NCBI GenBank assembly: GCA_963823665.1
Contig: CAWGMQ010000004.1
Coordinates: 480,001 to 544,000, forward strand
Source of the DNA: an uncultured Planctomycetota bacterium
GTDB taxonomy: Bacteria > Planctomycetota > Planctomycetia > Isosphaerales > Isosphaeraceae
Reading direction: 5' to 3'
DNA length: 64,000 nt
The notes beneath the pieces are model-generated. The model did not search any database and was not told the origin of the DNA. It was given only the letters and a program-made list of their open reading frames with translations. Below are positions 18,886 through 28,190 of the stretch, piece after piece. Every line of letters starts with the position of its first letter. The stretch's first letter is position 1. The position numbers and the translations under genes were made by a program.

Positions 18886-18957
18886 ATGGCAGACGCGCCG
18901 GACTCAAAATCCGGTCCTCGCAAGAGGGTGTGGGTTCAAGTCCCACCTTCGGTTCCA
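18886..18957 (+). tRNA. 5'-truncated tRNA-Leu(CAA) copy (att-site remnant), copy 1
   Basis: ATGGCAGACGCG-CCGGA-CTCAAAA-TCCGG-long variable arm-GTGGGTTCAAGTCCCAC-CTTCGGT. No upstream 5' acceptor strand able to pair with CTTCGGT. Confidence 0.8.
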
Positions 18958-19196
18958 AGACATCCTCGCCACCCAATCCACGCAAGGGGCGCGGCGCCGA
19001 CCGAACTGCGGCTCGGGGAGGCCTACCGCGGTTGGAGCCTCTGGACTCGCGCATTTATCGATCGATTGCCGACGATGATGCGCGGCTAACGTCGGCGCTT
19101 GAGGGGCTGGCCGGCAATCGATTCACGAGTTCGCCAGCAGTTGACGGGCCTAGAGTAGCAGAGGGATGAATCCGGAATATCCGAAATAACATGAAA

Positions 19197-19244
19197 ATAG
19201 GTCTGACACCCTGGAGACACCCTGGATAGGTCTGACACCCTGGA
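19197..19244. repeat. Short tandem repeat at the RIT truncation point
   Basis: ATAGGTCTGACACCCTGGA occurs twice and GACACCCTGGA three times, ending where the recombinase fragment begins. Confidence 0.8.
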
Positions 19245-19466
19245 CGGATTCATGACCTGCGCCACAGCTTTGCTTGCAACCGTCTCCTACGCTGGTATTG
19301 CGACGGTGAAAACGTTCACTGCAAGATCGCCTCACTCTCAACCTATTTGGGCCACGGCAGAGTCACCGACACGTATTGGTACCTGTCAAGCACTCCCGAA
19401 CTCATGACGGTCGCTGGAAACCGCTTCGAGCGGTTCGCAACCCCGCTGGGAAGGAGGCGCTCATGA
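19245..19466 (+). pseudogene. C-terminal fragment of a RitB-like tyrosine recombinase
   Basis: Manual translation RIHDLRHSFACNRLLRWY...LSTYLGH...TYWYLSSTPELM...RFE. The stop overlaps the next start (ATGA). Confidence 0.8.
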
Positions 19467-20473
19467 ATCACCCCACTACAACCAGAATGCTGCTTGGTCC
19501 ACTGCTGCAGACCTACTTCTGCTCCTACCTGATCAGCCAGCGTGATTTGAGTCCGCGGACCATCCGTTCCTATCGGGACACCTTCCGGCTGTTCCTGCGC
19601 TTCCTGCAGCGGCAACATCGAATCCAACCGGATGCGGTGTGCGTAGACGACTTGGATGCTCCGCGGGTGCTCGCATTTTTGAACGATTTGGAAAAGTCCC
19701 GCGATAACTGTCCCCGAAGTCGCAACGCCCGTTTGGCGGCGATCCGTTCGTTCTTTCGTCACGTCGCCGCTACCAATCCTTTGCTGCTGTCGCTCGCTCA
19801 GCGTGTGTTAGCCATTCCGATGAAACGCTTCGATCGCAATGCCGTCAGCCACCTGACGCGAGAGCAGATGCAGGCGATCCTGGACGCGCCGGGGACAAAC
19901 ACGTTGGCCGGCCAGCGGGATCGGCTCCTTTTGCTGTTGTTGTACAACACCGGCGCACGGGTGTCGGAGATCGCCAATTTGCAGGTCAAGGACGTGCGAT
20001 TGGAATCGAGTTCATGCGTCCACATTCTTGGTAAAGGCCGCAAGAAGCGGTCCGTGCCGCTGTGGCGTGAAACCGCGAAACTCCTTCGACAGTGGCTTCA
20101 GCGAGCAACGGTAACGCCTGACTCACCGCTTCTGACCAACGCTCGCGGCAAACCCCTGAGCCGTTCTGGAGTCGCGCAACGCCTGCGACTCGCCGTCGCT
20201 CACGCGGCGGCCAAATATCCCGCTATGCGATCGATCCGCGTGTCGCCACATACCATTCGCCACACGACCGCCATGCATCTGCTGCAGTCGGGTGTGGATC
20301 TATCGATGATTGCCATGTGGTTGGGCCACGAGAGCATCCAGACGACGCATCAGTACCTTGACGCTGATTTGGAGTCCAAGAGGGAGGCCTTGAAATTCTT
20401 GGAACCACCACAGTCCCGAGGGAAGAGGCCATTGCCGGCCAAGCCACTGACGCGATTCCTAAACGACCTGTGA
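19463..20473 (+). CDS. RitC-like tyrosine recombinase (RIT element)
   Basis: SPRTIRSYRDTFRL, RNARLAAIRSFF, YNTGARVSE, GKGRKKR, SPHTIRHTTAMHLLQSG and WLGHESIQTTHQY. Confidence 0.9.
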   Translation: MNHPTTTRMLLGPLLQTYFCSYLISQRDLSPRTIRSYRDTFRLFLRFLQRQHRIQPDAVCVDDLDAPRVLAFLNDLEKSRDNCPRSRNARLAAIRSFFRHVAATNPLLLSLAQRVLAIPMKRFDRNAVSHLTREQMQAILDAPGTNTLAGQRDRLLLLLLYNTGARVSEIANLQVKDVRLESSSCVHILGKGRKKRSVPLWRETAKLLRQWLQRATVTPDSPLLTNARGKPLSRSGVAQRLRLAVAHAAAKYPAMRSIRVSPHTIRHTTAMHLLQSGVDLSMIAMWLGHESIQTTHQYLDADLESKREALKFLEPPQSRGKRPLPAKPLTRFLNDL

Positions 20474-20514
20474 TTATGCGCAGCCCATATAGGCCTTCCC
20501 GTAGCAAACGGACA

Positions 20515-20685
20515 GGGTGTCGCACCGGTGGAGATGTTCGAGAGTCTGGTCGACCCCGGCGGCGTTGAGCGGGCGCCGCTGGCGGTCTCGGTGAAGAGCT
20601 TTGCGCAGCCAGCGCGGTTCAATGCGTCGGTCTCGAAGTCGAGGTTTTGCTCGGTGATGGAGACGCGGCCATAGCCGATCAGCAT
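20515..20685 (-). pseudogene. Serine resolvase/invertase N-terminal remnant
   Basis: MLIGYGRVSITEQNLDFETDALNRAGCAKLFTETASGA, then degenerate and cut off at the left IR. Confidence 0.8.
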
Positions 20686-20987
20686 AGGTTGTACCCTCCC
20701 CGTCGTCGGATCGTACCGAAACCTATGTCTCGGGTGAAGATTGCGGGACGATGATTTCGGCGCGGCTTTTCGGACGATATGCTGGCCATTTGGAGCGGAA
20801 TTCGAGGATGAACGCAGGTTGTCCTGAAAAGGTCCCATTTCGGGGCATCGCTCGCTTCGTTTTCGGGCATTCGATGCAACCATGAACGAGTGGCCCGCAA
20901 TGTCATAATCGGCGCTGACGAGAAAAACCTTGGTTCACCGATGGGAAGACGTCGTCTTCTTGGGAAGAGGGAAAACAACGACCGCCC

Positions 20988-21545
20988 ATGACTCAAGACG
21001 CGACGGGACTCCTGGAACCGTTCCGCAAGTACCTCAAGGTGCTGGCGGAGCTACATCTCGACCGGAAACTTCGGGGCAAGCTGGACCCCTCGGACGTGGT
21101 CCAGCAGACGATGCTGCGCGCCTACTCGGCCCTTGCGGAGGTACGCGACACCCGGCCCGAAGTTCTGGTGGCCTGGCTGCGGCGGATCCTGGCCCGGACC
21201 CTGGCCGATGCGGCCAAGCACTACGAGCGGGACAAGCGGGACGTCGCCCTCGAGCGGTCGCTTGAGGCCGACCTGGACCGTTCCGCCTCGGGGTTCGCCG
21301 CGTGGCTGGCCGCCGACCAGACCTCGCCCAGCAGCCGCGCCGATCGGAACGAGGAACTGCTCCAGATGGTCGAGGCCCTGGCGGAACTGCCCGAGCTCAT
21401 GCGCGAGGTGGTCGTGCTCAAGCACTGCCAGGGCTGGACGCTGCCGCAGATCGCCGAGCGGATCGGCCGGAGCGTCCCCTCCGTCGCGTCGCTATTGCGG
21501 CGAGGGCTGGAAGAACTGCGAATACGGTTGAAGACCGGGGAGTGA
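20988..21545 (+). CDS. ECF sigma-70 factor (kinase-associated planctomycete type)
   Basis: LDRKLRGKLDPSDVVQQT, WLRRILAR and LAELPELMREVVVLKHCQGWTLPQIAERIGRS..SVASLLRRG. Confidence 0.92.
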   Translation: MTQDATGLLEPFRKYLKVLAELHLDRKLRGKLDPSDVVQQTMLRAYSALAEVRDTRPEVLVAWLRRILARTLADAAKHYERDKRDVALERSLEADLDRSASGFAAWLAADQTSPSSRADRNEELLQMVEALAELPELMREVVVLKHCQGWTLPQIAERIGRSVPSVASLLRRGLEELRIRLKTGE

Positions 21546-21548
21546 CCC

Positions 21549-24500
21549 GTGACGACGCCCAACGACCCCACGATGTCCCACGACTCGCTCGACGCGGTGA
21601 TCGCCGACTACATATTGGCGGTTGAAGCCGGCGCGGTTCCTAATCGCCAGGAGCTGCTCGACCAACACGCCGAGCACGCCGACGCCCTCCGCGCCTTCTT
21701 CGCCGACCTTGACCGAATGGACCGTGTCGCCTCCCCTCTGCGGGTGGCCGGCGGGCCGGACGAAACCGGCGCTGCCGACGCCAATGGCCAAACGGCGCTC
21801 TCAACGGTCCGCTACTTCGGCGATTACGAGCTCCTGGAGGAGATCGCCCGCGGTGGGATGGGGATCGTCTACAAGGCCCGGCAAGTCTCACTCAACCGGC
21901 TGGTCGCCCTCAAGATGATCCTCGCCGGCAGCTTCGCCTCCACTCGCGACATCCAGCGCTTCCGCTCCGAGGCTGAGGCGGCCGCCAACCTGGACCATCC
22001 GCAGATCGTGCCTATCTACGAGATTGGCGAACACGAGGGCCAGCAATACTATTCGATGAAGTTCGTCGAGGGGACCTCGCTGGCGAAGCACGCCCGGGGT
22101 AATCCGCGTAGCGAGGTCGAGGGCCTGGTCGGCGTGATCCGGGCCGTGCACCACGCGCACCAGCGCGGGGTCTTGCACCGGGATTTGAAACCCTCCAACG
22201 TGCTCGTCGATTCCCAAGGAGCTCTTCTCGTAACTGACTTCGGCCTGGCGAAGCGGCTGGCTCCTGGCGACAGCTCGTTCACGGAGACCGGGCAGATGCT
22301 GGGCACGCCGAAGTACATGGCGCCTGAGCAGGCCGCTGGGCGGAAGGACCTGACGGTCGCGGCCGACGTGTACAGCCTCGGGGTGATCCTCTACGAGCGT
22401 CTCGCCGGCCAGACGCCGTTCACAGGTGACAACGCGCTCACAGTGTTGCGGCAGGCCCGTGAGTCGGACCCGCCGCGGCCGTCCACGATTCGGCCGGGTC
22501 TCGACCGCGATCTGGAAACCGTGGTGCTCAAGTGCCTGGAGAAGGACTCGCATCGACGTTACCCCAGTGCTGATGCGCTCGCCGAGGACTTGAGGCGATG
22601 GCTGGTCGGCGAGCCGATCCTGGCCCGCCGAGTCAGCCGTCCCGAGCGGATCGCGCTCTGGTGCCGCCGAAACCCGTCGTTGGCGGTGGCCAGTTCCTTG
22701 GCTCTCGCAGCCCTGGTGGCTGTGGCGGTGATTTCGCTGGTCTTTGCTGTGGAGCAAACTAACGCGAAGAACCGGGTCAAGGGTCTGGCGGACAACCTGA
22801 AGGCGGCGCTGAAGGATTCGGAGCAGCGGGCCGCGGCCCTCAACTTCGAGCGTGGACATGCCCTTTGCGAGAAAGGAGAGATGGGACCAGGCCTGTTATG
22901 GCTGGTCGAAAGCTGGCGCTCGGCCGTGGCTGCCGACAACACCGATTGGCAGCACACAGCCCGAGCCAGCTTGTCCGCCTGGCAACGCCATCCCGCCCAA
23001 GTCAAGGCAGTTTTCTCTCAGGCCGAAGCGGTCAGCCATGTCGCCTTCAGCTCCGACGGCAAGGCGGTGCTCACCGGGAGTGAAGACGGGACGGCGCAGC
23101 TATGGGACGCCAGAACCGCCAAGCCCCTCGGACCAACACTGAGACACGATGATGCGATCACGGACCTGACGTTTAGCCCTGATGGTAAGACAGCGCTCAT
23201 CGCGAGCTGGGATGGGACAGTGCGGCTGCTGGATTCGGCGACCGGACAGCCGCTCCGAACGCTGTTGCATCATCAGTCCCCGGTCTATCACGCGGCATTC
23301 AGCCCGGACGGCAATACGGTGCTCACCGGGAGCTACGACGCGAAGGCACGGCTATGGAACGTCGCAACCGGCCGCCCCCTGGGATCCCCACTGAGCCATC
23401 GGATCGGGGTCTGGGCTGTGGCGTTCAGCCCGGATGGCAAGACGGTACTGACCGGGAGTGGGGACCGCACGGCGCGGCTGTGGGACACGGCGACCGGCAA
23501 CCCCCTGGGACCCCCATTGAGCCATCGAGACGACGTCCGTGCCGTGGCATTCAGCTCAGACGGCAAGACGGTGCTCACGGGAAGCCAGGACAAGACGGCG
23601 CGCCTCTGGGACGGGGCGACCGGACAGCCCGTTGGACCCTCGCTGGTCCATCAGGGCGGTGTCCATTTTCTTGCCTTCAGCCCGGACGGCAAGACGTTGC
23701 TGACCAGGAGCGACCACGGTATAGCGCGGCTCTGGGACGCGGCGACCGGACGGCCCCTCGGAGCGCCACTGGGCCACCGAAACGACGTCCGCGCCGTGGC
23801 GTTCAGTCCGGACGGCAAGACGGTGCTCACCGGGAGCGAGGACGGTACGGCGCGGCTGTGGGACGCGGCGACCGGCCGACCCGTCGGACTGCCGATCAGG
23901 CACCTTCACCCCGTCCTGGACGTGGCATTTGGCCCGGACGATAAGACGGTACTCACCGGGGACTCAGGTGGGACGGCACGGCTGTGGGACACGACGACGG
24001 TCCAGCCCCACGTCGTCCCCTTGAGCCATGAGCGTGGGGCCCGGGTCGTGGCGTTCAGCCCCGACGGCAAGGCGGTTCTTACCGGAGGAGGCTTCAAGGA
24101 AACACGGCTGTGGGACGCGGCGACTGGTCAGCCTCTGGGACCCCCGTTCAGCGCCCAGGGCGGGACAATTGCCCAGGCACTAAGCCCGGACGGCAAGGCA
24201 GTCCTCCTTGCAGGCACGGATGAGACGGCGCTGCACGGCAGAGTACAGCTCAGGGACGGGGCGACCGGACAGCCCCTCGGATCTCCGCTGAGCCTTCCAA
24301 ATCTGGCTGATGTCGCGGCATTCAGATCGGATGGCAAGGCAGTGCTAATCGGGACCCGAGACGGGACGGCGCGCGTATGGGATGCAGCGTCCGGCCGGCC
24401 CCTCGGACCTCCGCTAAGTGATGGGAGCCCGGTCCATGCCGTCGCGTTCAGCCCGGACGGCAAGGCGGCGCTCACCGGGGGGGGCGACAAGAGGGCGCGA

Positions 24501-26003
24501 ATATGGGACGTAGCGACCGGCCGACTTCTGGGACCGCTGCTGACCCATCAGGGTGGGATCTCGGCCGTGGCCTTCAGCCCGGACGGCAAGGTGGCGCTCA
24601 CCGGAAGCGACGACAAGACAGCGCGCTTATGGGACGCGGCGACCGGCCGACCGCTCGGGCCTTCGCTAATACATGAGGGCGGTGTCTCGGCTGTGGCGTT
24701 CAGCCATGACGGCAAGGAGGTGCTCACGGGGAGCCGGGACAAGACAGCGCGCCTATGGGACGCGGCGACCGGCCGACCGCTTGGGCCCCCGATGAGCCAT
24801 GAAAGCTGGATCTCCGCTGTGGCGTTCACCCCCGACGGCAAGGCGGTACTCACCGGGGACGCGGACGGGACGGCGCAGCTATGGGATGTCTCGGAACTCG
24901 CCGACAATCCGGAACGCATTTCGACCTGGGTCGAGGTGATCACAGGTCTCAAGCTCGAAAAACCGGGTTCCGTGAGCGTGCTCGACAATTCGAGCTGGCG
25001 CCAGCGCCGCGACATGCTCAACCGATTGGGAGGCCCGCCGCCTGTGGACAGTGCGTGGGCGGCCGACCCCATCCTTTTCGGCCCCGAACCAACCGCACGC
25101 GCGCGGGCCTGGATCGAGCGACAGCGGTGGGCGGAAGCCGAGGCAGCCTTCGACGAGGTCGTCCTCGCGCGACCCTTCGACGCAGACGTCGTGCTGGAAC
25201 GGGCCCGCTTCCTAGCCGCTCACTCCCGGCCCGACAAGGCCGACGATGACTTCCTTCAGGCATACGCCCTCGGGTCGCACGACCCAGATCTCATCGAAAT
25301 GATCGTGCGGAACGAGGCGCTCTTCGCTCGTGCCGTCGCACGGCATCCCGATTCATTTGAACTTTGGAGCCGGCACGGCGACGATCGCGCCAGGCGGCAG
25401 CGATGGGCCGAGGCCGCCGCGGATTATGGGCAACTCGTCCGGCTCCAACCGGAGGACCTCACGCTTCGCCACCATCAGATCCTCTTACTCGGGGCGGCCG
25501 GGGAAATTGATCAGCTTCAGCGAGCGCGTTTCGATCTCCTCAGCAGGTTCGGGCGGACAGGGATTGCGCATGTCGCTAATTCCGCCTCCTGGTGTTGTTC
25601 GCTGGCCCCAGGGATGAACGATCGCCTCGAAGTGCTGGTTCGCCTCGCCGAGCTCGCCGTGAACGGCTTTACCGCAGACCAGAAGCATCTCGCCCTGAAC
25701 ACACTCGGCGCCACGCTCTACCGTGCCGGGCGCTTCGATGACGCGCTTCGACGTCTGGAGGAAGGGATGAAGGCGCGTAACGGGGCGGAAGAACCCTTCG
25801 ATTGGCCTTTCCTCGCTATGGCTCACCACTGCCTGGGGCATCACGACGAGGCTCGCCGCTGGCTCTATCGGCTCTGCAACCACCAGCCCAACACCAGTCC
25901 CCACGGATTCTGGCAGGAATTGGAATTCCGTCTGCTTCGCAGCGAGGCCGAAGCCGTGATCCTTTACGACCCGGTCTTCCCGGCCGATCCGTTTGCGCAT
26001 TGA
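21549..26003 (+). CDS. Ser/Thr protein kinase with TM helix, about 15 WD40 repeats and C-terminal TPRs
   Basis: IARGGMGIVY, HRDLKPSN, DFG and APE; TM LAVASSLALAALVAVAVISLVFAV; repeated VAFSPDGK..LTGS.D.TARLWD; ends FPADPFAH. Confidence 0.93.
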   Translation: MTTPNDPTMSHDSLDAVIADYILAVEAGAVPNRQELLDQHAEHADALRAFFADLDRMDRVASPLRVAGGPDETGAADANGQTALSTVRYFGDYELLEEIARGGMGIVYKARQVSLNRLVALKMILAGSFASTRDIQRFRSEAEAAANLDHPQIVPIYEIGEHEGQQYYSMKFVEGTSLAKHARGNPRSEVEGLVGVIRAVHHAHQRGVLHRDLKPSNVLVDSQGALLVTDFGLAKRLAPGDSSFTETGQMLGTPKYMAPEQAAGRKDLTVAADVYSLGVILYERLAGQTPFTGDNALTVLRQARESDPPRPSTIRPGLDRDLETVVLKCLEKDSHRRYPSADALAEDLRRWLVGEPILARRVSRPERIALWCRRNPSLAVASSLALAALVAVAVISLVFAVEQTNAKNRVKGLADNLKAALKDSEQRAAALNFERGHALCEKGEMGPGLLWLVESWRSAVAADNTDWQHTARASLSAWQRHPAQVKAVFSQAEAVSHVAFSSDGKAVLTGSEDGTAQLWDARTAKPLGPTLRHDDAITDLTFSPDGKTALIASWDGTVRLLDSATGQPLRTLLHHQSPVYHAAFSPDGNTVLTGSYDAKARLWNVATGRPLGSPLSHRIGVWAVAFSPDGKTVLTGSGDRTARLWDTATGNPLGPPLSHRDDVRAVAFSSDGKTVLTGSQDKTARLWDGATGQPVGPSLVHQGGVHFLAFSPDGKTLLTRSDHGIARLWDAATGRPLGAPLGHRNDVRAVAFSPDGKTVLTGSEDGTARLWDAATGRPVGLPIRHLHPVLDVAFGPDDKTVLTGDSGGTARLWDTTTVQPHVVPLSHERGARVVAFSPDGKAVLTGGGFKETRLWDAATGQPLGPPFSAQGGTIAQALSPDGKAVLLAGTDETALHGRVQLRDGATGQPLGSPLSLPNLADVAAFRSDGKAVLIGTRDGTARVWDAASGRPLGPPLSDGSPVHAVAFSPDGKAALTGGGDKRARIWDVATGRLLGPLLTHQGGISAVAFSPDGKVALTGSDDKTARLWDAATGRPLGPSLIHEGGVSAVAFSHDGKEVLTGSRDKTARLWDAATGRPLGPPMSHESWISAVAFTPDGKAVLTGDADGTAQLWDVSELADNPERISTWVEVITGLKLEKPGSVSVLDNSSWRQRRDMLNRLGGPPPVDSAWAADPILFGPEPTARARAWIERQRWAEAEAAFDEVVLARPFDADVVLERARFLAAHSRPDKADDDFLQAYALGSHDPDLIEMIVRNEALFARAVARHPDSFELWSRHGDDRARRQRWAEAAADYGQLVRLQPEDLTLRHHQILLLGAAGEIDQLQRARFDLLSRFGRTGIAHVANSASWCCSLAPGMNDRLEVLVRLAELAVNGFTADQKHLALNTLGATLYRAGRFDDALRRLEEGMKARNGAEEPFDWPFLAMAHHCLGHHDEARRWLYRLCNHQPNTSPHGFWQELEFRLLRSEAEAVILYDPVFPADPFAH

Positions 26004-26287
26004 GCAACCAGCTCCGTCACATCTGCGGCGAAACTTGACGTGACGGGCCGCTCATGGCCCACAGGCGCTGCCGATTCCTGTCCAAGCAGGCTTGATCGAG
26101 GAGGACAACATGCCACCCTATGCGCGACGCTAGCTTCTTGCGGAGATGGCGTAAGGTCCTCTACCAGCCAGAAGATCGGCTTAGCGTAGTTTTTTGTCCG
26201 TTTGCTACGGGAATGCCATGTACAGGAGCACTGCCTGGAACTCAGCCTTCCGGCGGTGAACTCTGCATAATCCTGAACTGAGGATAA

Positions 26288-27742
26288 TTCGCTGACATGG
26301 GCGTGAATCCGACCGCATGGGGGTATTCGCCCTACGACGAGATCATCAAGAAACTAATCGCCGCCGGCGTTCCGGCCGAACAGATCGCCGCTGTCGGCGA
26401 CGCCGAATCCGACGTCAAGAAGCAGGCACTCTTTGAGAAAGTAAGACAAGGGTCGGTCCGCGTACTGATCGGCAGCACCCAGAAAATGGGCACCGGCACC
26501 AATGTCCAGAAACGCCTGGTCGCGCTGCATCACCTCGACGCCCCGTGGAAGCCAGCGGAAGTCGAGCAGCGTGACGGACGTATCCTCCGTCAGGGCAACG
26601 AGAACAAGGAGGTGGCGATCTATCGCTACGTCACCGAAGGATCATTTGATGCGTACATGTGGCAAGCGTTGGAGACCAAGGCCCGGTTCATCTCGCAGGT
26701 CATGACCGGCGACAACGCCGCCCGCAGGGCCGAAGACATCGGCAGCCAGGAACTCTCCTACGCCGAGGTGAAGGCGATCGCGTCGGGAAACCCGGCGGTG
26801 CTGACACTCGCCGAGGCCGACGCCGAATTGCAACGGCTCGCCTTGCTCAAGAAGAACCACCTGGATGAGCAGTACGTCGCCCGCCGTAGCGTCCGCGACT
26901 TGCCTGCAACGATCGCCGGCCTGTCCGACCGACTCTCAAAGCTCACCGCAGACCAAGCCACCGCGAACAGTCACGCCACCGCCCTCATCGCCATTGGTGG
27001 CCGGACGTACCGACGCGAGGAGATCCCCGACATACTCGGGGGCAGGCTGGAGGCTTTGCCGAAGAACGTCCGCGAGACAACCCGCATTCCGTTCGGCAAC
27101 TACCGGGGGCTGGGTTTTGGCATCGTGCTCCATTCGCAATTCGCGCCCGAAATCTACCTTGAAGGTGCCACCACCCGACTGGCGACGCTATCCCGTGATC
27201 ACCACGGGCCGCGGGCCGTCCATAACGCCCTGGAGCGGCTGGCGGATGGTTACGGTTCCGAATGCGATAGCGTTCAACGCGACCTCAGAATCGCGAACTC
27301 ACAGCTTCGCGATTACCAAGCCCGCTTGGGCAAGCCCTTCCTGCACGACACCTACCTGGCCGAACTGACCACCTTGCGAGACCAGCTCAAGGCCGGGCTT
27401 TCAGGTGCAACGCCTGAGCCGGGGAAACAGGAAGGGCCAAGCGTTTCCCAAGTAGCCGAGCAGATCAAGGCAATCAAGGTCGCCAACGCGATTGAAGCCA
27501 CGCCCCAACGCGACCGGCACAAACAGTCGTCTGCCGAGGAACCCATCACCGCCCGCATTCGACGGAGGACGGAGACAAATCCCGCATCCGATCGCGTTAC
27601 AGAGGCTGATACCCCAACGGAGACCGAGTGCGTCCACTCGCAAGGATCAATGGAGAATTCGTCCCTCGGTCCGCCGAGAACTTTCCAGGAACGCATCATT
27701 CTTGAGCGGCAACGCGGGGACCTGGAGCCAAGCCTCCCTTGA
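26288..27742 (+). pseudogene. C-terminal part of a large SNF2-like helicase (DarB-like methylase-helicase of ICEs/plasmids), 5'-truncated at the RIT end
   Basis: FADMGVNP..., VRVLIGSTQKMGTGTNVQKRLVALHHLDAPWKPAEVEQRDGRILRQGN and YRYVTEGSFDAYMWQ. The frame begins exactly at the putative RIT end; no Walker A domain. Confidence 0.8.
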
Positions 27743-28190
27743 GTCCGGGTCGCGGAATTCGTGAGTACGTATCGCCGGCACTGTGCTCCGCGCCCGGTGG
27801 ACGTGATCTCACTGACGGCGGCGGGTCGACTAAACCCAACATTTCGACTGCGAGCCGCAATGAAGCAGCTCACATAATGATATCTAACGCTCACGTGCAC
27901 TAGACTCTGTCAACCGAGTGCCATCCGAATCGACATCAATGGTGTTGATGTAATTCAATGGCTTGGATGCTCGCTTTGCCTCGGGTGGCTCCGATTTTGG
28001 ATTTACCCGCTTAAATGCGACCGGCCCGGTTAGGCGCGACTTCAGCCGAGGCCGCTCGGTATGAGCAAGACGGTCGCGATCACTACGCTGCCTGACGCGC
28101 AAGCAATTAAAGTTTTCTAAGACTAGACGGCAAAGAATTAAGCCGCTAATACTCGTTGATACCATATCATATTGAGTATTAGGCGCCTGT

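Larger units (their letters stand above)
20492..26217. mobile_element. Non-autonomous Tn3-family transposon derivative carrying an ECF sigma/kinase pair
   Basis: The right end (26180-26217, reverse complement) is a 38-bp GGCATTCCCGTAGCAAACGGACAAAAAACTACGCTAAG. The left end 20492-20514 GGCCTTCCCGTAGCAAACGGACA matches 22/23. Flanks are ATATA and ATGTA. Internal resolvase remnant; no tnpA. Confidence 0.75.
19245..26288 (+). mobile_element. Truncated RIT (recombinase-in-trio) element; right end split by a nested transposon
   Basis: ritB fragment plus ritC. TTATGCGCAG directly after the ritC stop (20474) and CTCTGCATAA..GGATAA at 26261-26287 resemble RIT terminal repeats. No ritA or left end seen. 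Confidence 0.65.

Noticed and set aside
18870..18957. Functional tRNA-Leu gene (also at 54915)
   Set aside because: Neither copy has a 5' acceptor strand complementary to CTTCGGT.
19463..20473. This recombinase as the integrase of the tRNA island
   Set aside because: Its sequence and the overlapping ritB fragment mark it as a RIT component, not a tRNA-targeting integrase.
23020..24890. Regularly spaced DNA repeats as a CRISPR array (also 51940-54020)
   Set aside because: They are in-frame, degenerate WD40 coding repeats; no cas genes and no constant repeat/spacer structure.
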